The translations under genes were made by a program, and so were the position numbers. Under the pieces are notes generated by a model. It had not been told where the DNA came from. It saw only the letters and a program-made list of their open reading frames with translations, and searched no databases. This document shows, piece by piece, positions 38,831-50,108 of a DNA stretch of 64,000 bases. The first letter of the stretch is position 1; the number at the start of each line of letters is the position of its first letter. The stretch is from the IMG/VR virus record IMGVR_UViG_3300037851_000542, positions 128,001 to 192,000 of that record; one strand, given 5' to 3'. Source of the stretch: a virus. Lineage: Duplodnaviria; Caudoviricetes.

Positions 38831-40723
38831 TTATGTCTCAATGGGACTGTTTAATATCCTCACTTCCACACTATCTCCAGGGTATAATGGTCTAGTAAGT
38901 GTATTTAAAGCTTCCATCTGACCAAACCCATCGACTTGAACAATAAACTGACCTGCTGAATTATTTCCCGCAACTATTACACCCCTGCGTGTTAATGTTT
39001 CTGTTCTTTTAACATACTGGGAGTCATTAAAAGATTGTACTGAATAATACTTAGCTCCTGTAGTAATGCTAGTCGTAAAAGAGTTTTGATCTGAATATGT
39101 GTGTTCTATAGAAAGTACTACACTATTGTCTAGTAAATTTCCAGGCATTATTGTGTAACCACCTGTAGTATAAGTTTTAGTTATAGTTTTACCTTCTTGT
39201 TCTGAGTTTACAGAATCAAATAGTGCTCTAGAAAACTCTGCTGCGCCTGCTCCTTCAAATATAGGCAAAGTTATATCTATAATACTACCTTCCATAGAAT
39301 CTAAAACAGAATCTACCACTGTAGGATTTGTTTCTTCATCGTAAGGTCTAGGTACGTCAATTAATGTACCATTTACTGCTATGGAAAGTGGTTTTGATTG
39401 CACTACGATAGGAGTCATATAAATACCCTGAGTGGCTATAGCAGCAGCTTGTAAAAGAAGATTTGAATTTTCTGATTTTAGTGAAATAGAAGGTCTTTGG
39501 ACTGTATAACTAAAAAGTAGACTAGTTGCGAGTTCATATCCAAAACTAGTACCTAATCCTTCGACTAGATCAGCTGGAAAAGCTCCTATAGCAAAGGCAT
39601 CTCCGTTTAATGAGAGCCCTTCTCTTCCACCTCTAGTATTTACAGCTATTGCGTCGCTAAAACTCTCAACTCCAGGTCCACTGCTTCTAAAAGTATATAA
39701 ATTAGATCTTATAAGTGGGTCTAAAGCCCTTCTGGAAATATCATTGCCAGTGCCTCTTGCTATAAGTACCTGTACCGAACCGGGAGCCGATCCTGGCAGT
39801 AAGAACCAATTTTGTCCTCGTGATAATTCATTTAGTCCATACTCTGGCGCAAGTAATACAAAATAATCATTTTCTGTATAAGTGAAACCCGCTGTGATAC
39901 CTCCAGCTGCTATAATAGAAGGTCCGTCTTGGATATCAAGTATTGGTGCTCCAATTGCGGTAATTCCACCTATATCTACAATATTTGCGCCTGCAGATAT
40001 TGTCCTTTGCGAAGTAAAACCTCCAAGATAGTCTATATATAAATTTCTGGGAGTAGTGGCGCTTAGACTAAAACTAACACCTCCAGGTATGGGTGGCAGA
40101 TGCATCTGATACCCAATTAATGATTCCCAATCATCCCTTCTTACTGCGAATTGAAGTTGATTTTGAATTACTGAATCCTGGGGTGAATTATTAAATTCAA
40201 CCCACAAACTTTCATATAGATTAGATTGCTTATTCCAAGGTACTGGAAAACCACTTAATGGGTACTGTGGATGGATTCCCAGTGCTCCGTTTGTAGCGTT
40301 AACACTTGGCTTACTATACTTTATAGGTAATGGTTCTCTTCCTCTAACTACTACATAATCAGTTTTTGGAGAATTCTCGTCTGTAGCTTGTTCTGCTATA
40401 CACGTTCCGGTCATCTCAACTGTATCAAAACCTACTTTAACTGCCTGTATAGTACCATCTGGATCAGAGTACACTTCTGTTAAATTTAAAGGATCGGCTG
40501 CTAATAAAGATAACCTTAACATAGTAAAGGCATCTTGTGATTTTATATCATATCCTGCTAACCCGTGACCTTCGGTTACATTATGTGTAATGCCAAATTT
40601 ACTCAGAATAAAAGAAGCCAATGATGTTTTAGGTATTAAATTACCTTCAAAAGATACGTTGTTTGTACCCCAAGAAGGAAAAGATGAATTTTGTAATCCT
40701 GTAAAGTTGGATCCCTGTGCCAC
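38831..40723 (-). CDS. Putative baseplate hub/Tal-like protein
   Basis: Immediately after the tape measure; EVYSDPDGTIQ and IMPGN...VLSIEHTYS...TSITTG patterns of gp27/gpD-like hubs. Confidence 0.55.
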   Translation of the reverse strand: MAQGSNFTGLQNSSFPSWGTNNVSFEGNLIPKTSLASFILSKFGITHNVTEGHGLAGYDIKSQDAFTMLRLSLLAADPLNLTEVYSDPDGTIQAVKVGFDTVEMTGTCIAEQATDENSPKTDYVVVRGREPLPIKYSKPSVNATNGALGIHPQYPLSGFPVPWNKQSNLYESLWVEFNNSPQDSVIQNQLQFAVRRDDWESLIGYQMHLPPIPGGVSFSLSATTPRNLYIDYLGGFTSQRTISAGANIVDIGGITAIGAPILDIQDGPSIIAAGGITAGFTYTENDYFVLLAPEYGLNELSRGQNWFLLPGSAPGSVQVLIARGTGNDISRRALDPLIRSNLYTFRSSGPGVESFSDAIAVNTRGGREGLSLNGDAFAIGAFPADLVEGLGTSFGYELATSLLFSYTVQRPSISLKSENSNLLLQAAAIATQGIYMTPIVVQSKPLSIAVNGTLIDVPRPYDEETNPTVVDSVLDSMEGSIIDITLPIFEGAGAAEFSRALFDSVNSEQEGKTITKTYTTGGYTIMPGNLLDNSVVLSIEHTYSDQNSFTTSITTGAKYYSVQSFNDSQYVKRTETLTRRGVIVAGNNSAGQFIVQVDGFGQMEALNTLTRPLYPGDSVEVRILNSPIET

Positions 40724-40729
40724 TTTCTA

Positions 40730-43700
40730 TTAGTATCCGTTAAAGTTTAATGCAGCTTGTGTAACCCTAGCCTGTACAGAATTAACCTGAGTTTCTACTT
40801 GATCTGCTTTTTGCTGTGCCAGTCCTGCTAATGATAAAGCTATTTTAGAATCGTTACTTGTACTTTCAATAGAAGATTTAACTAAATTTAGCTCTTGACT
40901 AACTGAATTAGTTTTTGAGTCTATTGCATTGATTCCACTGGTTATTTTAGCATCTAATTCAGATCTAATCAATTCTATTTTATCTTTGGTGTTATTTTCA
41001 ACGCCGTTTATTACATCACTTAATTCACCTAGCTTCTGCTCAGAACTAACTCTAATTACATTGGCTTGCTCTACTACTGCATCTATTGCTGGGGCAAGTA
41101 ATGCTTGTATTCTAGCTTCTATATCATTTAATTGTCCACCTGTTGTAGAGTTTGTTTTATTACTATTTAAAGCTTCTATTAGACTTGAGAAGCTAGACTT
41201 TAAATCGGATACTGACTCTTTAAAACTGTCTGAAAAAGAAGATGAAGCTCTTTCAACCCCATCTTTTACGGCAGTAGATATATCAGACACATTAGTTACT
41301 TCTAAACCCGTTTGAGTTTGTTTTGTTTGTGTTTGAATATTCTCATTAATATTTTTTAATTCTTTTCCTGTTCTATCCGAGCCACTTAAAGTACTGTCTG
41401 TAGACATAATTTTAGATAAATCTTTAACATTATTCATACTTCGTTCGTTACTGTACATAGCGTTTAAAGATATTTTATCTTCTTTGTTGACTTCATCCAA
41501 CCCACTTACATACTCTTGTCCTCCAAAAAGACTATTAAATAACCCAGAGTCTCTAGCTGAAGGCATTCCTAAGCTTTCTAATAACAAAGATGTGGGTGTA
41601 TTAGAAGTCAATTGACTCTTTAAAGCGTCTGTGGAAGTCTGATTACTTGCAATCTGCAAAGCAAACCTATCTGCTTCTGATTTTGGTGAAGGTACATTTG
41701 TACCAAGCATTGAATTTGAAAGACTTCTAAAAGTGTCATTATTAAATAATGGGGCTACCACATTAGTAATACCTGCAGAAGCGGAATTGAACGCATCGAC
41801 TGGGGCATCTACTAATCCAAGTGTGTTTAAAGCCTTTCCTGCAAACCCCAAACCTCTACTTAACATACCAATAGGTTTTGGTGAACTCTGTACTAAATTT
41901 TCTACTGATGTTAACCCTCCTGGTAATCTACTAGTAACATTAACAGGGGCTGTTAGAGCTTCAACTGTTGTAGGTACCGCTGAAGGATTTAATAAATGTT
42001 CTAAAGGTCGTCTATACTTAGCGTACTCGTTTGCTGATGATAGACTACTAGAAGAGGGTGAAGCATAACTTAATGGGTTTGTTATAACAGGCTCCACTGA
42101 ACTTAAAGTTTTTAAATAATCCGGAATATTTGCTTGAAAAGTAGGAAAAGGTATTTTACCTTGAGTCTTGGCTATGGCACTAGCCATGCCTCCTTCATTA
42201 CGTATTTTGTTAGCTACAGTAACATTAGGACTATTTAAATATTTTGAGTATTCATCTTGAAGTTTATAACCTTGAAACCCTATAGCACCTGCACCTAATC
42301 CAAAACCCGCTCCTGCTAATAAATCACTATTATTTATTTCATTTGGTAAAATTGCTTCTGCTATAGTTTTTGACAAGTTAGAAGTAGCTACAGAAGAAAG
42401 TCCACTAATTACATCTGTTTTAGAATTTTTTGAATCAGTATTATACTGCTTAGCATCTTCAAAGTTTGTAATTACTGGAGATCTTGACTCAGTTAACCCT
42501 TTATTATATTGTTTAGCATCTTCTAAATTTCTAATAATATTATCCTTAGGGGGTCTTAGATAATTGAGTTCCCCTTCTTGTTTATTTTTAAGATAATCCG
42601 GTAAGTTAATAGATTCGGAAATAAACTTAGAAGTCTCTGTTTCTGCTGCTACTTTATTTTTATTTATAACGTCAGCTGCGGATTTTACAAAATCAGACTT
42701 TACTAAAGGTTTAACAATATTATCATTCATATAACTTGATACTGATGAACCTATACTATTACTGATCTCCTTTATTTTATTATTAGATTGATCTGAATTT
42801 TTATTTACTCCTAGTTTGCCAAAAATTCCCTGTGCAAATCCGATTAAAGTATTAAAGTACCCCAGCATAGTTGTTGTATTTTGCTCTATCTTAGTTGCAG
42901 GAGTTACTAATGGTTCAAGGTTTTCTGCTTTTCTCTCTAATAATAAATCTTTTGCTTCTTGTGATCCAGAATTAGATAATGTTTTTAGAACTTCGTCTGG
43001 AGCACCTTTTAATATACCTTTCAAATCATCTTTATTAAAAACGGAGGATAATAAATTAGGTAATCTAGTTAATAATGAAGTAGAAGATTGTAGTAAATCA
43101 CCTCTAGGTCCTAAGAACATACTAGCTGGTTTTTTAGCTTCCTGTTCTATAGATGTTTGTATTGCTTTTAAACCTGAAACTGCTTTACTGTTTAATCCTC
43201 CTTGATTTAAAAGCTGATCTATTGCTCCATACTGTGAAGTTAAACTAGAAGTAAATTCATTTACCCTAGCGTTTCTAGTTTCTTCTTTTAAGCTCTTTCT
43301 TTCTCTAGTAGCTTGTATATCTAGTCCTTGGTTTCTAGTTCTAGCCTCATCTTGGGATATAGCTTCTAATCTCTTTCCGGACTCATCAAAGATTTTAATA
43401 ACCCCAGATTGTACGTCTGAAGAAGACAAAACTCTATTTAATTCTTTTTGTAAGTCTAAATTAGTTACTCCATTTAATCCTCTTTGCTGTCTTCTGCCTG
43501 TGGCATCCTCAGAAAATATAATAGGCGAATTTTGCCCTGCTATGGCATTTAAACCACTACCAACTCCTTCTTTTAGATTATTAAAAAATCCTGCTGTTTT
43601 TTGCTGTAATTTAAAGTTATCCGCTGCTTGTTGAGCACTTATTGTTAATTGCTGTAAAGCAATAGCACTTTTAGCAGCCTCTTCTAATGGCTTTAATTCT

Positions 43701-46700
43701 TTATTAATACTATCAACCTGTTCTTGAAACATAGAAGAGTCAGGTATTAAATTTAAAAGCTTATTTACTATTTTATCTTGGTCTTCTTTGGAGTTTCCTC
43801 CTTGAAGGATGTTTTTCTGCAAATCGCTCATTACAGCCTCTAACTCTCCGGTTCCGAGTCCGGGTTGATTTGAAGAGATCAGATTTGATAATGCGTCTAC
43901 ATTTATAGTTTTTAAAATATTAGTATCTGTACTTTTTAAAACATTATTTAAAGATAGTTTTATTGTATCTAACTCTAGTGCTGCGCTTTTTAGTTGAGAT
44001 TTAAAAGTTTGCAACTCTTCTACTTTTCCAAAAATTTTAGAAAATCTGTCTGTAGCTTGTTCTGGCGCAGATAGTTCTTTAAAACTTTTACCCAAAGTAA
44101 CTGCTAAGCTTCTTCCTCCAAATGCTCTAGATGAGTCTATAGCAGATGGCGAAAACATCTCGTCTAATTTATTTTTTATATCTATACTTTCCAAGTTAGA
44201 CGATAAAGAATCAATTGCTTTGTTAGCTCTACCTAGCGAATTTATAACTGAAGAAACTACTGATATTTGTTGTTGTTTTAATCTATCGTCTGAGGTTAAA
44301 CCTTCAGATTTAGTAGCTTGACGTTCGGCTAAGCTATTTACAAACTGCTGCAGCCTTTCATTAAAATTAACAATTCCATTTTCTCCCGTTTTGAAGGCTG
44401 CTGCTGAAGAATCACTGTAATCTTTTAATGACTTTGCTCCTTCAGATAACCCTTTTGGAACCTCGACTGCTTTTCCAGCTCCAAAACCGCCGAGTACAGT
44501 TTGTACACCCTCATCTACTTCATTTGCAAATACTTCGGATCCTGCAATTAATATATCTCCTGCTTTTTTTAATTTTTCTACTATAGCGTCGATGCCTGAT
44601 GTAAAAGTGACTCCTTTAAATACATCCGCAGGATTAGTACTGGCACTTTTAAGCACAAGTTTTCCGGATTCTGATACATCTACTGTAAACTGCTCTAAAA
44701 CTTCTCCAGTTTTACTTAATGTTTGAATTATAGAAGAACCCTTTCCTGTTTCTGATAAAATTTTATTCTTAAGGTCTTCCGTGTTGCCTGGTGATACTTT
44801 ATCTCCTGTTATTATGCCTGTAGTTTCATTAATTTGTCCTGTTTTAATTAAAGAAGACTTTCTAACTTCAAGTTGCGCTAATTGCATTTGACTTTGAAAA
44901 GCATTAAACAAGTCAGACTTACCACTATCGCTGTTTAAATTACCTTGGAATCCATTCCGTATACCTTGCCTTTTACTTATTTCTCTAATTGTTTGGCTAT
45001 TAACATCTGGGTTAGATATTAATGATATTTGTTTGATAAGATCAGCCTGTCCCGTTGTCCCTAATTGTTTTACAAAAATATCAAAATCTTTTTTAGCAGC
45101 CTCCGGTCCAGAACTTTTTCTAAAATTTTCAAAAGTATTTCCTATATTTTCTGTTACTTTTTCAAATCTTTTTATAGGATCCCTTATGCCTTCTCTTGCT
45201 GCTCTATTTTCCTCTATATTAACATTACCTCCTAGTATTGAGGAAACTTCCTGTGCTCCACTAGGCTTATACCCAAGCATTCTACCAATAAAACTAACTT
45301 GTCCTTTTGAAACTTTAGTAGCTTCGGAGATGGAAGTACTGGTTTTAAATGCCTGCTTTTCCAAATCCATTAATGTTTTTATTAAATCCTTTAAACCTTC
45401 TGGGTTACTTTTAGAAAAATCCTCCAGAGACTGCCCCTTAAAAGAAACATTATTAAGGTTATCAATTTTTAGATCTTTAATGTTTTTTAAGCTAGATTCT
45501 GGTATTTGTACAATTGCTGATCTTATACTTTCTATATTTCTTTTTTGTAAGGAATCTAATGCAGATAAGGCAGATTTTGATGGCGAAGCTTCCCTATCTA
45601 GCGCTGTTTTTCTAGACTGTAGATTATTAAACTCTCCGCCTAATTCGGTAAACTTAGCCAGACTAGCTGAACTTCTGGACTTTTCTCCTGTAACTCCTGT
45701 TCTTGTTAGGCGGTCTTGAGCTGTTTCTAGTGCCCTATTAAATCCGTAAAAAATAGTAGCTCCTGCGGCTAATGCGGCAAGTACTGGTACAAAGCCTGCT
45801 GCAAAAGTAGCAAGATACCCTGTACCTATTCCAAAGTAAGCAGTAATACCTGCAACAGCAGTAGATAAACCAGTAAAAACTGAAAATGCTTTTCCGGCAT
45901 TTACAATGCTGCTAACTAATCCTCCTAAACTACTTGCAATAAGTTTGACTGCCGTTCCAAGCAAAGCCCCCTCGACTACTAATGCCGTTGCAGAACCTAA
46001 GTTTATGCCCTGTGATCCTTTCTCTGTAACACCTGCACCTGTAATAGAATCGGCTATACTAGTTAAACCTCCAAGACCTGGTATTTTTACATTAGATAGG
46101 GAAGTTAGAGCTTGAACTAGCGAAGTTGTAACTTTTAAAGCATCTGTAATTGGAGTAGTGATACCATCAGATACGCTTAACGCTAATCCTTGAAATGCGG
46201 CGCTAGTACTTCCAACTTGCTTATATAAGCTGGACATTTGAATTGCATTTTTTTCTGTAGCATATCCTGAAGAATTCTGAGACTGAGCTACTACCTTGTT
46301 AACTTTAGAAAAATTATTCATTAAAGCTAAAAATTGGTTGGTAAATCTAGTTTCTGCTATTGTTTGAGCTATGTCTCTTCTTTTAGCATCAGTTAGTGTA
46401 GGATAAATATCAGCTATTTGCTGTAGTATATCAAAAGAGTTTTTAAAGTTACCTGATTCGTCTTTAGTGTTTATACCTACTTCTTTTAAAACCCCTTCTG
46501 TTTTAGGAGTATTTAAGTTAAGAAATATTCTTCTTTCTGCTGTACCGATTTGAGCACCGCCTGCACGTGTAGCTTCTTGGATTACTGTTGTAATCGCATT
46601 TAACTGATCAAATGATATACCTGCATTATTTGCTGCAACTGCTACTTTTTTTCCAGCATCTGCTAAATCTTTTGCTACTACAGCGTTTGCATCTTCTACT

Positions 46701-48358
46701 GCGGCAAACGAATCAATAAGCCTTATAGGTGCTTTTTCTAACTCAGGATAAGCCTTTAAAAAAGCAGTCATAGTTTCAGAAAGATCTTGTTGACCTAAGG
46801 TACTGACATTGGCACCTAAAGATACTGTCTTAGACCTTTGTTGTATTTCTGAAGCAGAAAGACCTTGTTGTGCAAAAATATTATAACCTTTAAGAACTTC
46901 TTGAACACTTTGTCCATACTCTACTGCTGTACTTATAGCTGATGTTTTTAACTGATCCAAAGTGGATTTATTTGTAGCTAAAACTCTATTAAGTTCTGTC
47001 ATCTGGGCATTAACTTCTGCTATTGTTTTAGCCCCTTGAGCAAAACTTCCAAAAACTGCTCCTAGTGCAGTACCAGCAACCGTAAACTTTAACATAGTTT
47101 TAGCAGTAGTTGCCAGTTCGCTAGAAAATTGTTTTAATGGTCCATTGTCTATAGATGGAGGTTTTGGAGGACCATCACCACCAGATCCTCCTGAACCTCC
47201 TCCAAAAAAAGAGCCAAGTCTTTCTTTAGACCCTGCATACCCTTCTTTAATTTGAGAGGTCATTCTTGAATCAAAATCTCTAAACCGCTGAAGCATACTT
47301 CTATTAGTTGAAACTTGATTAACAGGTTCATTAATTTCTGGCTTATCGGCTTGTGCTCCTAATTTAACTACACCTCTGAACCTTTCTTCTGGAACCATTC
47401 TAGTAGAAGTATTAATAGATGATTTTATTGCTTTTACATCTTCAGCTACAGTTCCAAATTTAACTAAACCCCTAGACCTGTCTTCCGGTGAGGCTCCAAA
47501 TGAAGATTTAAAGGTGCTATCCCCTGATGCAGAGTATAAGGATATTGGAGGTGCCTTTGTAACAGTCTTTATAGTCTGATTTATAGATGAGTCTTCCTTA
47601 AATATACCCCTACTTCTTGGTAGGGACATTAGTTCGCTTTGGCGTGCCTTTAAGCGATTCTCAAAACCTGACTGTTGTAACTTTAAATACTCATCCTGTT
47701 GTGCTAAAATTTTAGAACTTAGAGAGTTTATGCTTTTAGATTTATCTGTGCTAACGTTAGTTTGTGCTATATTTTGTAGATTTTGTTTTGCTTTACCTAA
47801 GGCTTCCTTGTCAGCCTGATCTACTTTCTCCTGATATGTTAATTGTTTTTTTGCAAAAGCGTTTGCGGTTTTTCTATTCTGCTCCTGTTGCTGTTGTTGT
47901 ATAGCCACTAACCTATTTTTAGAGTTTAAATCTTGGTCAATCTTTGTATTTTGGTTACTAAAAATACTAGGTGTTGGTTTGGGAGAGGTAAATATAGAAG
48001 AAGCTTGTACATTTTTTCTTGCTTCACTAAGTAATTGTTCAGGTCTTAGAGTTTTATTATTAGAAGTAACACCCGAAGCAGAAACTGACTTTTTTGCTAG
48101 CTGTTCAGAAGATTGCTTTATCTTACGTGTTGCGTCTTCAACCACTTTTTCAAAATTATTTATACTTGCACCTGCGCCGTTTATATCTTTATTTAGATTA
48201 GTGACACTCTGGATTATACTACCACCTTCAGTTTTAGTTGGGGTAGTACCTTTTCCTGTTGGTTTCTCCTGTGAACCATCAGGATTATTAACCAAATCCT
48301 TATTTCCTTTATCTTGTGCTTTAAAATTTACTAATACTTCTAAATCTATTGATACCAT
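40730..48358 (-). CDS. Tape measure protein (TP901-type core)
   Basis: 2542 aa, helical; MTELNRVL...AVEYGQSVQEVL...SFDQLNAITTVI core; hydrophobic Ala/Gly stretch; follows the chaperone genes. Confidence 0.92.
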   Translation of the reverse strand: MVSIDLEVLVNFKAQDKGNKDLVNNPDGSQEKPTGKGTTPTKTEGGSIIQSVTNLNKDINGAGASINNFEKVVEDATRKIKQSSEQLAKKSVSASGVTSNNKTLRPEQLLSEARKNVQASSIFTSPKPTPSIFSNQNTKIDQDLNSKNRLVAIQQQQQEQNRKTANAFAKKQLTYQEKVDQADKEALGKAKQNLQNIAQTNVSTDKSKSINSLSSKILAQQDEYLKLQQSGFENRLKARQSELMSLPRSRGIFKEDSSINQTIKTVTKAPPISLYSASGDSTFKSSFGASPEDRSRGLVKFGTVAEDVKAIKSSINTSTRMVPEERFRGVVKLGAQADKPEINEPVNQVSTNRSMLQRFRDFDSRMTSQIKEGYAGSKERLGSFFGGGSGGSGGDGPPKPPSIDNGPLKQFSSELATTAKTMLKFTVAGTALGAVFGSFAQGAKTIAEVNAQMTELNRVLATNKSTLDQLKTSAISTAVEYGQSVQEVLKGYNIFAQQGLSASEIQQRSKTVSLGANVSTLGQQDLSETMTAFLKAYPELEKAPIRLIDSFAAVEDANAVVAKDLADAGKKVAVAANNAGISFDQLNAITTVIQEATRAGGAQIGTAERRIFLNLNTPKTEGVLKEVGINTKDESGNFKNSFDILQQIADIYPTLTDAKRRDIAQTIAETRFTNQFLALMNNFSKVNKVVAQSQNSSGYATEKNAIQMSSLYKQVGSTSAAFQGLALSVSDGITTPITDALKVTTSLVQALTSLSNVKIPGLGGLTSIADSITGAGVTEKGSQGINLGSATALVVEGALLGTAVKLIASSLGGLVSSIVNAGKAFSVFTGLSTAVAGITAYFGIGTGYLATFAAGFVPVLAALAAGATIFYGFNRALETAQDRLTRTGVTGEKSRSSASLAKFTELGGEFNNLQSRKTALDREASPSKSALSALDSLQKRNIESIRSAIVQIPESSLKNIKDLKIDNLNNVSFKGQSLEDFSKSNPEGLKDLIKTLMDLEKQAFKTSTSISEATKVSKGQVSFIGRMLGYKPSGAQEVSSILGGNVNIEENRAAREGIRDPIKRFEKVTENIGNTFENFRKSSGPEAAKKDFDIFVKQLGTTGQADLIKQISLISNPDVNSQTIREISKRQGIRNGFQGNLNSDSGKSDLFNAFQSQMQLAQLEVRKSSLIKTGQINETTGIITGDKVSPGNTEDLKNKILSETGKGSSIIQTLSKTGEVLEQFTVDVSESGKLVLKSASTNPADVFKGVTFTSGIDAIVEKLKKAGDILIAGSEVFANEVDEGVQTVLGGFGAGKAVEVPKGLSEGAKSLKDYSDSSAAAFKTGENGIVNFNERLQQFVNSLAERQATKSEGLTSDDRLKQQQISVVSSVINSLGRANKAIDSLSSNLESIDIKNKLDEMFSPSAIDSSRAFGGRSLAVTLGKSFKELSAPEQATDRFSKIFGKVEELQTFKSQLKSAALELDTIKLSLNNVLKSTDTNILKTINVDALSNLISSNQPGLGTGELEAVMSDLQKNILQGGNSKEDQDKIVNKLLNLIPDSSMFQEQVDSINKELKPLEEAAKSAIALQQLTISAQQAADNFKLQQKTAGFFNNLKEGVGSGLNAIAGQNSPIIFSEDATGRRQQRGLNGVTNLDLQKELNRVLSSSDVQSGVIKIFDESGKRLEAISQDEARTRNQGLDIQATRERKSLKEETRNARVNEFTSSLTSQYGAIDQLLNQGGLNSKAVSGLKAIQTSIEQEAKKPASMFLGPRGDLLQSSTSLLTRLPNLLSSVFNKDDLKGILKGAPDEVLKTLSNSGSQEAKDLLLERKAENLEPLVTPATKIEQNTTTMLGYFNTLIGFAQGIFGKLGVNKNSDQSNNKIKEISNSIGSSVSSYMNDNIVKPLVKSDFVKSAADVINKNKVAAETETSKFISESINLPDYLKNKQEGELNYLRPPKDNIIRNLEDAKQYNKGLTESRSPVITNFEDAKQYNTDSKNSKTDVISGLSSVATSNLSKTIAEAILPNEINNSDLLAGAGFGLGAGAIGFQGYKLQDEYSKYLNSPNVTVANKIRNEGGMASAIAKTQGKIPFPTFQANIPDYLKTLSSVEPVITNPLSYASPSSSSLSSANEYAKYRRPLEHLLNPSAVPTTVEALTAPVNVTSRLPGGLTSVENLVQSSPKPIGMLSRGLGFAGKALNTLGLVDAPVDAFNSASAGITNVVAPLFNNDTFRSLSNSMLGTNVPSPKSEADRFALQIASNQTSTDALKSQLTSNTPTSLLLESLGMPSARDSGLFNSLFGGQEYVSGLDEVNKEDKISLNAMYSNERSMNNVKDLSKIMSTDSTLSGSDRTGKELKNINENIQTQTKQTQTGLEVTNVSDISTAVKDGVERASSSFSDSFKESVSDLKSSFSSLIEALNSNKTNSTTGGQLNDIEARIQALLAPAIDAVVEQANVIRVSSEQKLGELSDVINGVENNTKDKIELIRSELDAKITSGINAIDSKTNSVSQELNLVKSSIESTSNDSKIALSLAGLAQQKADQVETQVNSVQARVTQAALNFNGY

Positions 48359-49338
48359 TAGTTTTTACCAGCCCCTGTTTTTAAAAGAGATGGATCACTG
48401 TATTGTCCTGTTTTATGTAACTTTAAATATCTTTTATCTGAAGCTGTAACTATCTGATGATCTTGGCTATCACTAAGTCTACTACTTTTATTTTGCGATA
48501 TAGTAGAAGCTTCAGCTTTTAAGTTTTTAATATAATTTTGTAAAAATACATCTAACTGATCATCGTCAGCTATAACATCTTCTTCGGGTCTATCGTGTAA
48601 AGGCATTTCATAAATATTATCATAATAAAATGACCAAGATATTAAATGAATTTGGGGTATAGAAAAATCGGCTGCTGGTTTCTCAAATAGACTAGTGCCT
48701 AGCTTTTGAGCTGCTAAAAATAAAGCTCTCCACTCGTTAGATCTAGCTATAGATCTAAGAGTCTTAGAATCAAACCCTTGTATAAATTCAAAAAAGATAA
48801 TCATATACTGATACAGATCATTATATGATATGCTTAAAAGATCGTCTACTGAATCCCATTTTAATTTATTTTCAGCAGTAAAAACACACTTAGATAGGAG
48901 ATATATATTTTTTTCCTCTCTGGCACTGAACTCAGCACTAAATTGGTTAGCACTTTCTTTTTTTGAAGTTAACTCCCTAATCTTTTTATTTATTTCGTTT
49001 AGTTTCTTTTGATCTTCTCTATATAGATTAGTATTAGGTATTCTTTTACTTAAAATAGTTTCATATGTTTTTTTCTTATTAATATTTGATTTCAACTCTT
49101 CTTCATCGTTTAGCGAAAAAACTGTGCGAAGTATGTTAGAGGGTATTGCACCCTCAGAAAAAAACCCCTGTGATAATAGATTAGCTGTAACTTTATCCTC
49201 TAAATAATTAGCAAAAGCTTTGTGCTCCCCAGAAGGTTGCACTAAAATAATAGGCTCTTCATTTATATCTAAAACTTTTTTACCTAATAATATTTCCGTA
49301 ATAATTTTATTACGTTGCTCTAAAGATATTTCTTCCAT
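48358..49338 (-). CDS. Putative tail assembly chaperone (pre-tape-measure)
   Basis: Position; helical; LRSIARSNEWR...YDNIYE...P.E.VI.DD..LD.F pattern. Confidence 0.55.
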   Translation of the reverse strand: MEEISLEQRNKIITEILLGKKVLDINEEPIILVQPSGEHKAFANYLEDKVTANLLSQGFFSEGAIPSNILRTVFSLNDEEELKSNINKKKTYETILSKRIPNTNLYREDQKKLNEINKKIRELTSKKESANQFSAEFSAREEKNIYLLSKCVFTAENKLKWDSVDDLLSISYNDLYQYMIIFFEFIQGFDSKTLRSIARSNEWRALFLAAQKLGTSLFEKPAADFSIPQIHLISWSFYYDNIYEMPLHDRPEEDVIADDDQLDVFLQNYIKNLKAEASTISQNKSSRLSDSQDHQIVTASDKRYLKLHKTGQYSDPSLLKTGAGKN

Positions 49339-49343
49339 AGCTT

Positions 49344-50108
49344 TTAGGTTTTAGTTTTAGCTCCCTTTACTTTTTTAGCTTTTTTGGTTTCAACTTTAAC
49401 CTCAGCAACTGCTTTATCATCAATCTTTGCTAGATTCTCAGCTTCTATTTGATTGCTAACTTCAACAGCCTTATTATCCTCAAGTTCTTTATTTTCTTGT
49501 TTTAGTTTACCTGCTTTTTCAAAGGCAATAACCTCTGGCAATTTAGTATTCCACTCAGGATCTAAGTTATATTCATAACATATGACCTGATATTTGCAAG
49601 TTTCTACTAGATCATAGTCTTCTTCTTCTAGAAGTTCGTCTAAAGTAGCCCACACTGGTAAGTTGTTTTCCTTATAAATCATACCTTGTGTTAAATTTAA
49701 AATCCTTTCATCATCAGCAATTTGCTCAGCAGTATTAGATAATAAATTATTTACTATTTGATCTCTGGCTAAAAGTTCAGATCTGGATAAAGACAGCATT
49801 GCTGCCATTGTTTCTAGCTCTTCGGGTGTAAAAGCATCGTCGCTTGCCAGCTTTTCTTGTAATTCTGCGATAGTAGATAAAAGGCTTGATCGGTTACTTT
49901 CATATTCTATTATGAAAGATTCATTGCGGTCTTTTAGTTCTTTTTCTAGCTCGGCTCTTAGTAGTATTCCTTCCTTATAGGCGGATGTCCAAGCAAGTGT
50001 GTAGGCTTTTTTAACTTGCCTTGTAATTTTAGCTGAAGGTTTGACTAAGTTATATTTAGTCCCATTGTATTCAAAGCTTCTAATCGTGTTCATTTCGGTA
50101 ATCTCCAT
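49344..50108 (-). CDS. Putative tail assembly chaperone
   Basis: Position between tube and tape measure; acidic helical protein with Lys-rich tail. Confidence 0.55.
   Translation of the reverse strand: MEITEMNTIRSFEYNGTKYNLVKPSAKITRQVKKAYTLAWTSAYKEGILLRAELEKELKDRNESFIIEYESNRSSLLSTIAELQEKLASDDAFTPEELETMAAMLSLSRSELLARDQIVNNLLSNTAEQIADDERILNLTQGMIYKENNLPVWATLDELLEEEDYDLVETCKYQVICYEYNLDPEWNTKLPEVIAFEKAGKLKQENKELEDNKAVEVSNQIEAENLAKIDDKAVAEVKVETKKAKKVKGAKTKT

Noticed and set aside
45033-45719. 228-aa plus-strand ORF (and the other antisense ORFs in the track, such as 3794, 5294, 9915, 13271, 35878, 40929, 42816, 47979)
   Set aside because: They lie entirely or almost entirely antisense to long, well-supported genes, read as low-complexity Ser/Leu/Phe-rich shadows, and have no recognisable motifs.
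49336-49380. Lambda G/GT-style -1 frameshift between the two tail chaperones
   Set aside because: The second ORF is in the -1 frame, but that frame has TAA stops up to two codons before the first gene's stop, there is no XXXYYYZ slippery site after them, and the second ORF has its own ATG.
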